Shown in pieces: positions 27,056-40,519 of a DNA stretch of 64,000 nucleotides (position 1 is its first letter; every line of letters begins with the position of its first letter). The translations under genes and the position numbers were made by a program. The notes beneath the pieces are model-generated. The model saw only the letters and a list, made by a program, of their open reading frames with translations. It searched no databases and was not told the DNA's origin. This DNA comes from Haplodiscus bocki (taxonomy: Eukaryota), in NCBI GenBank assembly GCA_965655095.1, contig OZ296655.1:33356001-33420000 (forward strand), given 5' to 3'.

Positions 27056-28956
27056 TAAATATGCCGGCGCTAGTCGGCCGTCTTGTTGAGTAATTAAATC
27101 AGTAGTATATTGTCTTCATCTGACCGATAGCTAGAGAGAACCCTTTCGAATGAAAATAGTTCGATTTCTTTTCCAAATTTGGGTTGAGTCATTTCTCAAA
27201 AGTTTCAAATACTATGTGTCGAACGGGAACCATCCAATGCCATTTTGAAAAATTTAAAAGTTGACGTGGAAATTCTGCGAAATATCTGGATTTTCAATTG
27301 GGAAAACCCAAAATTGTTTCAACTTGGTTTCGATAGAATTTCTCTCGGAGAATATCAATCAGGTTGCGAGTGTCCATTAGTAATTCAAGTACTCGCTGGA
27401 TTCTGCTAAGTGTGAGGTGTTGCCTTTTCTATACTTTTCTCCTGATTTATCTTATTTTGTTGTTCGAGAATTACAAAATTTTCAAACTTCTTCCGAACTC
27501 CATTCCGTTTTCGTTTTTTCCAGAAACATTTATTCAGTTGTCGCTTTCATGGCAAAATCTCCCGAAGCATATGGGCGATGGTAATCCACGTATAAAGAGC
27601 TCATAACTGAAATGTTTGACGTATTCTGAATGGGTGATTTTTATTTAACTGCTCCAAGAAAAGTAGTGACAATGACTTTGCTTCCGAAAAACATGGACTC
27701 TCAAGTGAGTGAAAACGATTTAAAGGTTTTAGTCACAGATCGGTGGAAAAATCTATTAACGCATGGTTTTTGTTTGTCCACGGGCGTTGCTGCCTGAACC
27801 CGGGCACTTTGTGCCTTCGTTGCAGGGCGAAAACTCCCTAGGGCAGAAAATAGCCATGCGGTAATATGTACTTCGAAAAATCCCAGTCCATTTATGAAAT
27901 TGTAAAGAAACCTGATGGTAATCGGGGTTGAGAACAGTACTCCTGGGTGGTCCATGGACGTCTTACGAGTTCTAATTCTAATGGTATACTGATCACCATA
28001 GTACTCATCTTTAAAAACACTGATTTAGATATAGTTTTTGTAAAAGTCGGTTTCAATTAATATGATGTTCAACTCTATTGTTGAAATAATTTTATCCCAA
28101 TGACTCCTCTGAGAACAGTAGTGAAAGTGGCGGAAAATGAGACATTCACCAAATCAGATGATACATTTTTGACCGAAATCCATTGATAAAAACTTCCTTA
28201 GTTGGACTGTTGAAACGGCGCCGGTAAATTTACATGGAAAATATAGAAAATTACCTGCAGTCTGCATATATTTTGGCCACACATGCGGTTTCACGGTGGT
28301 GCGTGCGGTTGCAAGTAGTTTTACCTGCCATCGCAAACATATTTACTTGCCGTTGTGACTAGTCAACTATTAGCCAACTGGTTTATGGCAACAGGCAAGA
28401 TGTCTACTCCAACCTTGCCCTTGTCGGTAAGGAAGAGAATGTCGAAAGAAACTAAAAAAGGATGAGACTAAATTGGAAAATTTTTTGAAGTTTGGCTCTA
28501 CAAAATGACATTTGCGTGTTAGGTTTTTCTGTGAAAACAGTCTTGTGTGATAGAAACATGCGTATTTCGTAGAAATTATTTGAAAAATAACAGAAAAATA
28601 ATTTGTAAATCAAAAAATAGGCTACCAGGTATGGAGGTTTTGATTTCACAACAAAAAGCTTCAATTATAGTCCCTTTTTGCCCTTCAATACGTTATACCA
28701 ATGCCTCAGATCGATCCATTGATAATTTACTTGAGGGCTTGCACGTAAATTTTTGCGGGTGACCTGCAGAAACCACAGATAAACAATAACTTCCGAATGT
28801 TTTACCTGTACCGGCAGATACTTTAAACTGCGGTCGCCGCAGGCATTTTTACTAGCTCCATTTTTACACTGTGACGTTAGCTAATTAGTTTATGGATGGA
28901 ATAGTAGTAGTAGTTGAGGCTTCAGATGTTTGGTCCTCTAGGGCAATTGACTCCCT

Positions 28957-31837
28957 TCATTGTATCGTCCCGATATGGCTGAGTTTACCAGTGGGGTTGC
29001 AATGGTTGCATTTACAGATAATTCTCCATGTGCAAGGATTGGTTTCACTGTACCTAGTCGTGAAGTAGTTCCAGTACAACTAAGTCAGGTTGCTTTTGTT
29101 AAACTTTAGCGACATTCTCGCAAGTGCCCGTGACATGATGTTGTGAAGGATGCTCGATCGAATGAAAAAGTTCTCATCAGATTTCTGTGTCCTGGTTCGA
29201 GTGACTTCCAGTTCACTCCGCGAACTTTGTCTGGTTGATTCAACTGATGTTTTTGATATGAATTTGTTGATGTCTATGTCGTATTTTCCTTTCAGCAGTG
29301 AGTCGAGATAAAGGATGTCATGCAATTCATAGTACATTGATACTGGCAGTAGGTTGCATTTAAGTAGTCGTTCGCGGTATTCTATATGGCTACCGTAAAA
29401 CCATTTGGTGGCAATCTTCTGTACTCTTTCCATATCTCTAAGACAGGAGTTGTTTGGGAGCCAGGACTGGGAGCAATACGTGAGTATTGGCATCACGTAC
29501 CCTGTGAAGGCATTGATTTTGACATTTATAGAGCAGTTACTGGACAGGTTTCTTTTAAGACTAAAAAGCGCCTTTAGAGCTTTGTTTGTTCGTTGTTGAC
29601 AGTTGTTATGCCAAGTTAGACTTTTCGTTATTACCAAACCTAGGTCCTTCTGAGTCTCGAGAAGAGCAATGTTCTCGTTGCTGAGTTTGCCATTCATTTG
29701 CCCACTGAGTACGAGGATGCCACATTTATTCACATTTAGTTGTATTCCGTTCGTCGCGCACCAGTAGTCAATTGTGGCAGTGCTTTCGTTGAGTTCTTGT
29801 TGGCTTTTCACAACAACTTTAAAGTCATCGGCAAAACCGTAACAGTTCTGCATGCTGTTCGGCAGGTCGTTGATGAAAACTAAAAATAACAAGGGACCAA
29901 GAATTGAACCCTGGGGTACTCCACTCGTTACTTCCTTCAGCCCAGAAGATTCTACACCAACTTTAACGAATTGTTTCGTTGACTTAGGTATGATGCAAGT
30001 AGTTGTAGGAGTTTGCCTCCAATACCTACTTCTTTTAATTTTGTGATCAGTATGTCATGTCGAACTGTGTCGAATGCTTTTGCAAAATCGAGATAGATTA
30101 CCCCCAGTTCTTTCACTGCTTCGTCATCATAGTTGGTGTAGATTTTGTGGAGAAAGGTCAGAAGTTGTAGGGTGGCAGATCGTTTTTGACGGAAACCGTA
30201 TTGTGCTGGGTGTAGCTTGTGGCGAAGATTTTCGTAAAGTGTTTCAAAGATTATACGTTCAAAGACCTTGGACACACAACACAACAAGCTGATAGGTCTA
30301 TAGTGCTCAACTAAGTCCTTTTCCCCATCTTTGTGGATGGGGCTGATTTGACTGACTTTCCAAGAAGCCGGAAAGATTCCTTTATTGACCATCGTGCGGT
30401 ATAAGAGTGCCAGAGACTTTGCAAGAGCGGTTGCTGTATTCTGCAGGAAGAAGTTTCCAATCCTATCTGGTCCTGTTGCTTTTCCAACCTGTAGCGTTCC
30501 TAGAAGCTCGGTGACACGTTCTTCTGAGATGTGGACTGTATTTACTTCTCTATTTGGATAGTATGGCTTCACGATGTTTGGAGTGTCTTTGTGGAAAACG
30601 CTGCAGAAGAATTCGTTGAAAAAGTCTGCACTTTGTTTTTTGTCAGTTGCTGGAATTCCTTGTCGCTTCACAATGCTGGGTATCACAGGTTTCTTTCTAA
30701 CACATGCAAGATATTTCTGTATTTTGCTGAACTCTCGAGTGCGGAAAAGATCTTCCTCAAATTGTGTCAGGTCGGCTTCGACATCACTATGGATTTCTTT
30801 TGACAATCGTTTTATTTTAAGCTCCAGCTTGATGGTTGGTCTCCCGTTTTCCTTTTCCTCTTCAACGTTTCTAGCTTTTTCATCTTGTGTGAGGTGGGGC
30901 TAGTCACGCAAGGAGGCAGTTCAGAGCGATGTTTTGTGACTTTTGGCAAGGTATCCTCCATTATTTTCCGTATCCAAGAGTACCATAATTCGAGCAGTAC
31001 GTTTGTATTACTGTAGCAATATGGGTTGAAGGGATGGTTTTGAATTGCCTCTACAACCACTCCCCAGTCGGCTTTCCGGAGCCCGTATGCTTTCAGGTTT
31101 GTGTGTGATTGCTTTCTCTCTTGTGTCAGGTTTAGTAGGGTTCGGTAAGGCAGATGATCGGAGCAGGGTTATTCATCAATTGAGTATTTCTTGAGGACAC
31201 TCATGTCAGGATTGGCCTTAATAACAATGTCTGGGTTGTTTGTCAGCAGCACGTCGAGCTGTTTTTCTTCACCATGATGCAGGAATTCGTGAAAACCTGA
31301 GTCAAGTAGATCAGTGAGCAGTGAGTCTTCGTTCGTGTCTCTGGAGGACATTGTTTCCTAGTTTGTTGATTTCATGTTCAAGTCTCCAGTTATAATAGTT
31401 GTGCTACAGTTGAGGAGTATTTCTTTTTGCTTCAGTTCGAGGAGCAGTGTCGAGTTGTTTGCTTTGGTCCAGTGGTACGCACTTGTTGCAGTTGGATTGT
31501 ACAGGCAGCATAGCAGTACTGGGTCATGAGATGAAATCTTCATAACTATGTAGTCTTGTGCTTCGACATCGAGGGACACTATTTCGTGGTTTATGTTTTT
31601 ACGAATGGCAATTAGCACACCTCCGTGTTTGGTGGAACCGGTTGACTGTGTTGGGGTCCTATCCCGCCTGTAGATTTCAAAATTGTTGAGGAAGATAGAG
31701 AAGTTGCTGACATTTTCAGTGAGCCAGGTTTCCGTTAGGCATAAAATGTCGTAGTCAAGAGGAAGTAAACAGTTTGCAAGGGCTGCACGTCGTTTGTGCT
31801 CCAGCAGACTGCGTACATTGAAAGATAAGAGTGTCAC
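28957..31837 (-). pseudogene. LINE ORF2: AP endonuclease + reverse transcriptase
   Basis: APE: FNVRSL, CLTETWL, RRDR..GGVLI, GDLN, LDVLL, SDH. RT: KATGPD, YRPISLL, QYGFR, YLDFAKAFD, GVPQGSILGP, FADD. C-terminal CTWRIICKCNHC. Stops near 31,358, 31,169 and 29,080; frameshifts near 30,830 and 29,960. Confidence 0.95.
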
Positions 31838-31841
31838 AGTC

Positions 31842-32741
31842 TCAATGATATGTGCAGTTGATGGTTCTGAAGATAGTCAATCGCTTTCTGTTATATAGTG
31901 TCAGATTTCTTACTCTCAGAATTTTTGGATCGATACCTTTGTCTATTAGTTGTCTCCGAAGTTTCAGTGCTTCATTTTCTTTCATCGCATCGTCCTTGTT
32001 CAATTCTGCGCTCAAGAATAATGGTTTCGACTGTATTCTGTAAGTCTTCAACTTGTAAGCTGACTTTACAGCTTGATCTTTGTCGACTTGGGTTTCCAGG
32101 TCAAACAGGATTGTTCGGGGGCCTTTGTTCTTGTCGTATTGGCCGACTCTACTCAATCTGGTGATCTTGCTCTCAACTCCCAAGTAATGCAGGAGTGAAT
32201 TGATTTCCGTCCGATCTGTTGCAAGACGTTTTCAGCCTTCCGGAATCCCTTTAACTCGTATTCCAAGCTTTTTGGTCTCCAGAACAGGAACATCTACACG
32301 TTTGCCTGCAGTAGCGTTGCCAACTACAGCAGAATACGCCGGTTTTGTTTTCAGACTGTTTATTTCTTTTTGCATTTCCTCCATGATCTTGAACGATTTC
32401 AGAACGTTCTCAGAGCAATCGGAAATTTTTTTGTTGATGTCATTGAAGTTCAATTGCATCTGTTGCTTTTGCTTTTCCTCCAGGGGCTCTTTATTCGTTT
32501 TCTTGTGCGTGCAATCGTTGCAGACATGTAGCAGGTTGTGCTTCAGCTCGATCAGGACTTGGATGCTTTGTTCAGGGAAGCCAGTGCATTCAGGAGTGAA
32601 GTGGAGGACTCTGTCGCAGTAAACACAGCAGAATTTCTCTCCTTTTCCCATCCTATGGGTACAAGTAAAACAGTTTTCGCGCATGGTTGATGGGGAATTG
32701 GCTTTGTTGTCAATAAGTTGTTTAAGAGTTGGATTCAACAA
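31842..32741 (-). pseudogene. LINE ORF1: PHD finger, coiled coil, RRM-like domain
   Basis: CFTC...CVYCDRVLH..EC...HVCNDC (PHD); YSAVV...GIRVKGIPE; RVGQYDK..GPRTIL; frameshift near 32,232. Confidence 0.85.
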
Positions 32742-32824
32742 GTAAAACAGTGAATTTCAGGGTCTGGTTCACTAAGCGTAACGAGCGTTCGCTTATTGGC
32801 AAACTTTTCTCAAGTTGATGTTAC

Positions 32825-32992
32825 GATGGATCCTGTAAAAGAAACCTATGCAACCCAACTTGATTTTTGAGGTCAGCAGTGTGCACAGAGATAGTATTTC
32901 CGTGGATCCTGTAAAAGGAACCTATGGAAAACTATCCACTGGGTTTTGTAGGGGTAGTATTACCGTGGATCCTGTGAAAGGAACCTATGGAA
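32825..32992. repeat. Three ~65-75 bp-period repeats between the esterase ORF and ORF1
   Basis: tggatcctgtRaaagRaacctatg at ~32,827, ~32,903 and ~32,966. Confidence 0.85.
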
Positions 32993-32994
32993 TA

Positions 32995-33635
32995 CTATTC
33001 CCTGAAGGATCCGCACTTGCACTTCTCATAGCTTTGACACTCGTAGAAGGCGAGGTGCTGTTTTTTGGCCAATTTCTTGGAATATCGTTTTCTCTAAAGA
33101 TCACGGTTTTTGAGGACTGTCTTGATTCCACTGAGTGCAATTGAATTCAAGTGATAATGGTCCCACTCCGACACGTGACTTTCACAATAAACGTGCTGGG
33201 AGATGCCTCGATAGCCCCACTTGGACTTCAGCGACCGTTCACCCAGGATTTTGTTGACCTGCGTGTGGCGTTGAAGTTGCTCCTCAGTGAGTCCGTAGGC
33301 TCTAATCTGCCTTCTGGTTGGAAAGCGGGGGGAACAGCTAACACAAACACACTTTCAGTTACCAGGAACAGCTGGTCAGCTAGGGCACAAATTCGCTCGG
33401 CAACCTGCTCAACTGATGACTCGGAAGGGAGACAGTAGTTGTACAAGTCGTTTCCACCGACAAATATGGCGATGAGCTCGTATTTGCCTCTCGGTGGGAT
33501 GAACCTCTGCACGTCGTTGACTTTGGCTCCAGGTAAAGTCAAGATATTTATGTTGGGGAATTCCAAATCTTTTGTTTGAGAATCCGCAATGAAGAGAGAC
33601 TTCTTCGGTGAGGATCTGAAGAGATGGTATCTCAT
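32995..33635 (-). pseudogene. SGNH/GDSL esterase-like ORF upstream of LINE ORF1
   Basis: Block I FIADSQ, block II LPGAK, block III FVGGND. After a 1-nt shift in the C6 run (~33,330) the frame continues PPRF...VNKIL...WDHYHLN (DxxH, block V). Confidence 0.8.
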
Positions 33636-34071
33636 TTCTAGATGGGGGCCACCACGGCTGCCCCAAACATTTCAACTGAAAAACACTATTTAATAAGTTT
33701 ATCACAACAATTAGGCTACAAAAATAAACATCCTACAAGTTTTTTTGGTTAATGAATTCATTTAATGATATTTCTATGCTAGAGGTTTTTTAATAGAAGA
33801 CTTTTCACGTTTTTAAGAGTGTTAGAGTTCCTTATTACAGGCCAAAATCAGCAAATTTTTGTGTGCTAAATTTCTTTTTAACGGTTGCTCACAGGGTAAC
33901 GGTTGTTTCACATAAAATATTCTTTCAGATAATTTTGTTGCTATAGAAGCACTCACTTTTATCCAGTATACCTTCGACACCTCTCACCGGTAATCACCTT
34001 AGTTGAGCAGTTTTGCTTCGCTCATATCTACCTCACAAAGACCACGAAGTCAATAACTACAACTTTGAGCA

Positions 34072-34924
34072 ATGGGTAGCTTCAGTTACGGACTCCTCAA
34101 CCCCAAAGACTGCATTGGAGATTGGAAACTTTGTTTTTTGAGCTACTGCTGCACTTTCGTTCCTTTCGGTATCGCTGCTGATAAGGTGATTGGTGAAGGC
34201 GATGGCTATAGATGTCTTATCCTCACCTCCGTGCCAATCGTCCAATACGCAGTGCTGCCCTGCTGGAGAAAAATGATCAGAGAGGGCAAAGGAATTGATG
34301 GAAACCTTTTCTTTGATTGCTTAGCCTCGTACTGCTGTCCTTGCTGCACAATTTTTCAAGTAAGTCGCGACAAAGTTACAATTAAATTTTCTAATCCAAT
34401 TGAGTAATTTTGTGCCGATGAAATGTCCTTAGCCTGTCCACAACAGCATTACATGGCAGGGCAAATTCACGTTCCTTTGCTGTCTATTGCCTAGCCTCCA
34501 GTATAATTTTTCATATCGGCTTGCATTAAATACTATAAAATTTTTGATTATCCAAATATTTAGCTGATGTAAAGTCGACCTGGAATAAAATTTTCAAAGT
34601 AATAGTTTCATCTGAAAGTATACGAAAAGCAAGGCGTCAATCTTAAGGAAGACTGGTCTGTAAAATTATTGCATTTCGTTTAAAACAATTTTAACTGGGG
34701 GTGTAAACAGTGTCGCACACAAACGTAATGTTCAATTACAGGCAGGACACGAAGCCGGTGTGGACGGTGAATTGGAAATGAACAAAACAGTAGAACTAAT
34801 GAAGAGAGGCTTTGAAGGTTTTAATCCTAAGCAAGAGATGGAAAAGGCCAAAGACCAATCCAAGGAAGCAGCTGAAGACGCTAAAAAGGCTGCGGAGGAA
34901 GCAAAAACGGAAGCAGTGGCGTAA
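34072..34924 (+). CDS. PLAC8/cornifelin-like Cys-rich protein; exons 34,072-34,359 and 34,742-34,924 (156 aa)
   Basis: FSYGLL..C..D..LCFLSYCC...R..IREGKGIDGNLFFDCLASYCCPCCTIFQ; GTAAGT donor at 34,360; TTACAG acceptor ending 34,741; phase-0 join to AGHEAG...AVA*; AATAAA at ~34,952. Confidence 0.9.
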
Positions 34925-37189
34925 CTTGTTACCCAAAGCAAAACGACGACTAATAAAAATGAGCAAAACTACGTCACAAAATGTTCACATGGTCTATCGC
35001 AGTATCGTGTCTTACTTATCTAATCGGAGATGTGATTTTATTCATGCATTAATTTATCAACGAAGAAAACTCAATCATTTGGTACTTTCAGCTAGATTTA
35101 AACTGTTGGGTACATTATTGTACGAAGTTTGTGCTTGAGAATTCGCTTTTCAGTGAAATGTTTTTGGTTATTGTTGTAGAATAGACTTCGTTGTAAATAA
35201 CAGCGCAGAAAAGAAATTAAATTAGAAATAATGGAACTATTTTTTAGTAATGGTCAAGAGGCGAATTCTCCTATTTCTGAAAGTTTTAATTGCTTGTTCA
35301 TTTTTCATTCGTCTGATTTGTATGTCGAATTATATGTTCTTATTTCGCCCCATCTCTCAAATGGTTTGAGGTGACACTATAAACATATAATGACCAGTTT
35401 TAGCTTATCAATAATGAATGCATTTCCTTTCCCCTGTCTTGAAACGTTCTTTTAATCATAACAGTGAAACATTTGGCTTTACCCTTTTCCTTTTTTCGTT
35501 CCCTTGAAAAGTCTCATAATTGTCTGAATATCAGAAGTGTAGAATTTTATGCTAAACTGGAATGTAGGTTAGAACCTAAAAGTTGATTGAAAAGTTACAT
35601 TGTAGTTTATTGGATTGAAAAACTTATATTAAACAAGATTTTTTGTATTCATTCATGTCAATTTTCAGTTTGACGAATTTTCGATGTCACGGGAGAACGA
35701 AAAATTTCTTTTGCTTCGGTGTGTATTGACTAATTCACCACAAAATTATGATAATTTGCTGTTTCCAACTTCTATTGAATTCGTTAAGTATTATCTTTCC
35801 ACAGTAGTTCCTTGGGAATGTCTATACCAATCTTTGCTTTGGTTGCCTTCTTTCAAGCTTGGTTTACATTGAAGGGTTAAAATAACTCGTTGATTAATTT
35901 CATTACTAACTTAGTATTTATTGCTGTGTTTTATACTAGGGTACCTGGTGCCCAATTCAATCAAGTATTGTAGTTTCTCGATTTGATGGCGCTTGCTATT
36001 TTTAATCGTGTGTTTGGTCAGTTTAAGAAATTATTTTCGTATCGTTAAAGAGTGATGTAATTTACCAAACTGTGATGTTGTGCTCGCTCGTGACGTAATA
36101 CACGAGTGTTTCGATCGACAAAGTTTGAAATGTTTTTAGAATAGTCAATTGGGCGCTGAGCATCACTCTTTAATTACAGTGAACAGCTAGTTTTTTTTTA
36201 AAATAGGAATCTTCTAATCTAACCGGAATTTGTGAACAATGTTCACGTCCATTCAAACTTTTGCGTTCAATCTACTGTTCAAATGACTTTCTCGAAGTCA
36301 CAATTCAAAAAGCTGATCACTAGTTGCATTAGTGGATGAAATGTCTGTAAGTGCAATGAATTGATCTAGGAGCAGAAGCTGCTTAACCATTGATTGCCTT
36401 AGGGAAACTTAAATGACCCCAAGATATGCTCTGTTGGGCATTGCATTGATGAGATGGCATGCGGTTGACTCCGCTGTTGGATGTCGGGTTAGTAGTTGAA
36501 CAGAAATTTCCTTCAAAGAAAGAATTGAGAGTGAATTTGAAATGATTCTTCAGGTTGTCTTGCAGCATGTGCAATATCAATTGAATTTGTACGTTAATCT
36601 CTCGTTTTTCTCCCTTTAGTCAAAGCAACACACAAAGACGGTTTAATGGAACCGACGATAGCCGGAGGGCTCCAGGTTCGAATCCAACCCAATCATGAGG
36701 CTGTGATGCTGCTAATTACGTGCATTACATTTGCATTTGAATAAATTTGAAGGTAGATATTTACCTTCCAAAAATGAAAACATCAGAGAGTGAGATGCTT
36801 GGCAACTATCTTCTACTCACCCATCTCTTGCATACAACTGCCGCCACGGGGGGCAATTGGAGCTGAAATTATCTTCTTTTCTAATGCAAAAGTTGCACTT
36901 AACCAAATAGAACACCAATACGGGATTTAAAATGTTAACGGAATGTCCAGAAAAACTATACCATTCAAAAATCCGTGTCAGTGAATGCACGTTCAGTTTC
37001 ATTTCTTTTATTCAGTTTCAACCTTGATGGACTTTACGCGTTGAATTTAAATTAATGAGTCACTTTCGACATTGAAAGTTCAATTTCAAATACATTCAGA
37101 ATTGGCTGCATACTAGAATTGAATCACAGCAAACATTCAATTAACATCCAAATTCAACCTTCAATGTGTTCTTTTGCTAAGGATGAGGG

Positions 37190-38165
37190 AATTTATTCCA
37201 TTGTATGATTGAACCAAGAGGGATACTTATTAGCCCGTCATATCTTTGGTAGTGCAAAGAACTTCCTTGACCTTTCCTATCCGGTACTGTATGATGCCTC
37301 TTCCTCCGCGTACATCTTCCGGTACGCAAATGAAAAACACCGTCTGCTGTGTGGTAGAGCTTAATTTTTGCCTTCGGTGGAAATTGCGTTTTCTGCCATG
37401 TTGAGAAATGGATTAAAATCCTAGCGACCCAGAAGCATCTCCATTATCCTGACATGGGTCCTTGCGTTGTCTAAAACGCAGTATCAGCGGTGATTTCAAA
37501 ATTGGTGCAATATTTTCAATATATTTGTGCTCCGCACTTGAAGTGAATTTTTCACTATTCATACTTCAGCAAAAATGAAGGTACGATAGGGCAAAGGTGG
37601 GACTGTCCAATGCATAATTTCATCTTCCCGTATATAATCATTTTGGTGGACCTTTCACTCGCGTATGTACTCAATTTCATTCTAAGAACGTCCTTGTTGC
37701 CATCGAGTATGGATGCTACAATAATTGAAGTTTGTTTCACCAATTTGTCCTCATCGATAGAGCGTACTCAAATGTCTCGTTAATCTTTTCCTTCGAGTTT
37801 CGTTCCACTGGAACATCTGCCTATTTGAAACTTAAAAGTCTTTCGGGAGTGTGTCTCTTCTGAAAATGTAGACTTGTAGAAGCGCCGTATGGATTTGGAA
37901 TTTAACTGTTGAAAAAAAGAAGATTCCCCTGCTGTAGCTTAACAGCAAGCTCGATAAGTTCCTTATCTAGCTTTTGACGGCGGTTCCCACCCGATGGTAG
38001 AAATTCAATTCGTCTTAGTCGTACAATCCTGTGAGCTGTGAACCGATTGACTCCCAGAGAATCGGCAACTAAAAAGTCTATCTTGTTCATTATGTGCTTC
38101 GGTAATCCGCTTCTTCTATTTTCATTAGATACTAGAGTATCTAGTTAGTATTTAGTTCGTGGCAT
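37190..38165 (-). mobile_element. IS630/Tc1-mariner transposase relic
   Basis: N-terminal HTH VADSLGVNRFTAHRIV...GGNRRQKL; catalytic-domain fragments VLDNARTH and PFLNMAENAIS (SPDLNPIE-type). TIRs not resolved. Confidence 0.7.
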
Positions 38166-40519
38166 CAGTTTCAGCAATTGAAATGAATCCTTTTATGTTG
38201 AAATGGAAAGCAGTGAAATGAAGTTGTTACTTCGGTCAAACTGAAAATTATTTTGTTGAAACAGAAAGCTAGATATCGAACTAAGTTTACCTTTTGGTGT
38301 GAAATTGAACTTCAAATGGTATAAAAGGGCGTAAAATCGAGAAATGTAATGTTGAGTTCACGTAAGAAGTTGATCGTGTCAGCAAAAAAATGACCAATAA
38401 GTTCAAATTTCATTCTGCAGTAACTGTATTGCTGACGTAACGTGTTACACAGCGAGGGGAATCTCAAACATTTTTTGTGATGCGAACTTGCACTGTCAGC
38501 TGCAAATTTTGGGTCATTTGCGTAAGTTCGTTGTAAATAGCGATATTATGGTAGCGAATCAAACATACAACTTTTCATTCTCCCAAGTGAAAACAACACT
38601 GTGCCACTGTAAAGCCACTTGAAATGACTCAAAACAGCAGTTCTCTTCGGTGAGCGGACCAATGATGAACGCTTAATATTGATTCAGCATTTGATAACCT
38701 TACGTTCAACAAAAAAAGTCAAGCGACAACCAAACGGAAGTCGTTCCGAAATTTGAACCTAGAGGAGCGGAACGTCCCGTAAACCAAAATTAGGCAGATC
38801 AAATTTTCCATTACTACTGCGTAATAGGTTATTTCCTCCAATTGAGTGTCTGTCGCCGTTATCTAGGCAAAATTCATGCTGAAGTTGCAAAAGAATGTCG
38901 ATCAAAAAACTTGAGATGTGAATGACGCAAAATAAGACACCAAAAAAAATCCAACTCCCACAATTACCATGGAATACGACTATTTAGTTGATGAAATCCA
39001 CTTTTTCATGCCGATGAATCAATTCTTACTCGTACCAAGTAAAAGAAACTGATAACTTCTATGCAGATATTTCAAAATCGTGGGAACGAAAAATACTTCA
39101 AGACATTGGCACTGAATAACTAAAATGTAGAATCGAGTCCGGTGGCGTAAAAATTGAAATTGTCGCTTTCTCTGGGAACCTTCGTGCCTGAAGACTTAAA
39201 TCTAAAAGTTGGGAAATGAATCTTGGGGAAAATATCTTGGGGGATATTATTTATCACTTTACGGTTTTAACCTAACAATACCTTTTGGGATACGCGCCAA
39301 ACTTGTGCAGGGAACAGCTCGGTGACTCTAGGTACCATTTTGCCTAAATTACACCTTTAAAACATTTTGAGTTAAGATACAGGGTTTTAAAAACATGTTT
39401 GTTCCTCAAAACAGGGAAAATGAATCCTTTAGTTCTAGCGCACCATCACACAATCGGAGAAATATCAATGGGGAACAAAGTTAAATTGCAAAGAAGGTAC
39501 TATTGTCAAGTTGAAGATAAAAAAGGACCAATTGAGCACTCATATGCCAAGTTAGCATTTACAAAGAGGAAAGTATCGTTGAATACAGTGCAGTTTTAAA
39601 AGTTTTTTGTTGAAGAACAAATATGGAAACTGTTGGATCTCAACGAAACGATAGATTGGGCTGTGGTTATGAAATGGCTGTAAATGGACAAATGGGAAAA
39701 CTGTAGGAAAGATACACTACTTCTCTCATAATTGAAGTATATTCAAACTAGCTCGATAATTTCAATTACTCGATGCCTAAAAAAACGTTCGCGGAACATT
39801 AATCGAAAATTTTTTGGACAGCAACCAAAACCTACGATCCGGTTTATTGGAGATTTTGTTCGGCCTATGCTAAATGTCCATAATTTGGACTCCTAACTGC
39901 AAAGACAGCTTTTTTATTTTGCCAAAAAAAGGTCACAGAAGTCAGAAGGGGCATGAGTTTCATTTTTCTCTGCATACTTCTGGACAAACTTCCCGACATC
40001 AACCAAAATTTGATATTTGATAAATTCGAGGCTCCTCGTTACGGTTATGGAATTGTTTTGTGACTTAGAGACCTAGGTGCCAAAAAGGAAAGCATCAAAC
40101 AGAACAGATTCCGGACATTTATACGACGCTGGTTTCGCTGCGGTAGATTACACAGTAAAACTGCATATACTCACCATAACCTGAAATTGATGTAATCTTA
40201 TTAAATAAATATCCGCCATTTTACATAGAAATGACAATTACGTACAGTTCTTTGATAGTTCCCGTATGTTCAAATCGTTGAATTTATATTATACCAACTA
40301 TCACAGTCTTTCTTGTATATTCACCTCTAGCTGCCAGTACATTATAACGGGGTGTTGAAAGCATATCAAAATGCTACACCTCGAGCCAACCAACATTTCT
40401 GCGGGAATTGGGTACACTTTTTTAATGTAGCTGCCGTCCCAATTTACTCAAAATCGCACGAAGAAATAGCAAGCGATGCATCGACAAATCCACGAAAAAA
40501 ACTGAAGGCAGCATTAGCG

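Larger units (their letters stand above)
28902..33670 (-). mobile_element. Near full-length non-LTR retrotransposon (CR1/L2/Jockey group) with (CTA)n tail; inactive copy
   Basis: ORF1 (PHD+RRM), ORF2 (APE+RT), 3' tail (CTA)4 at 28,902-28,913; higher GC than flanks. Inclusion of 32,780-33,670 is inferred. Confidence 0.88.

Noticed and set aside
29386-33438. Plus-strand ORFs over the LINE, and similar antisense ORFs over Polinton genes
   Set aside because: Shadow frames of genuine genes on the opposite strand.
36640-36700. B-box GGTTCGAATCC suggesting a tRNA
   Set aside because: No convincing A box or cloverleaf; at most a SINE fragment.
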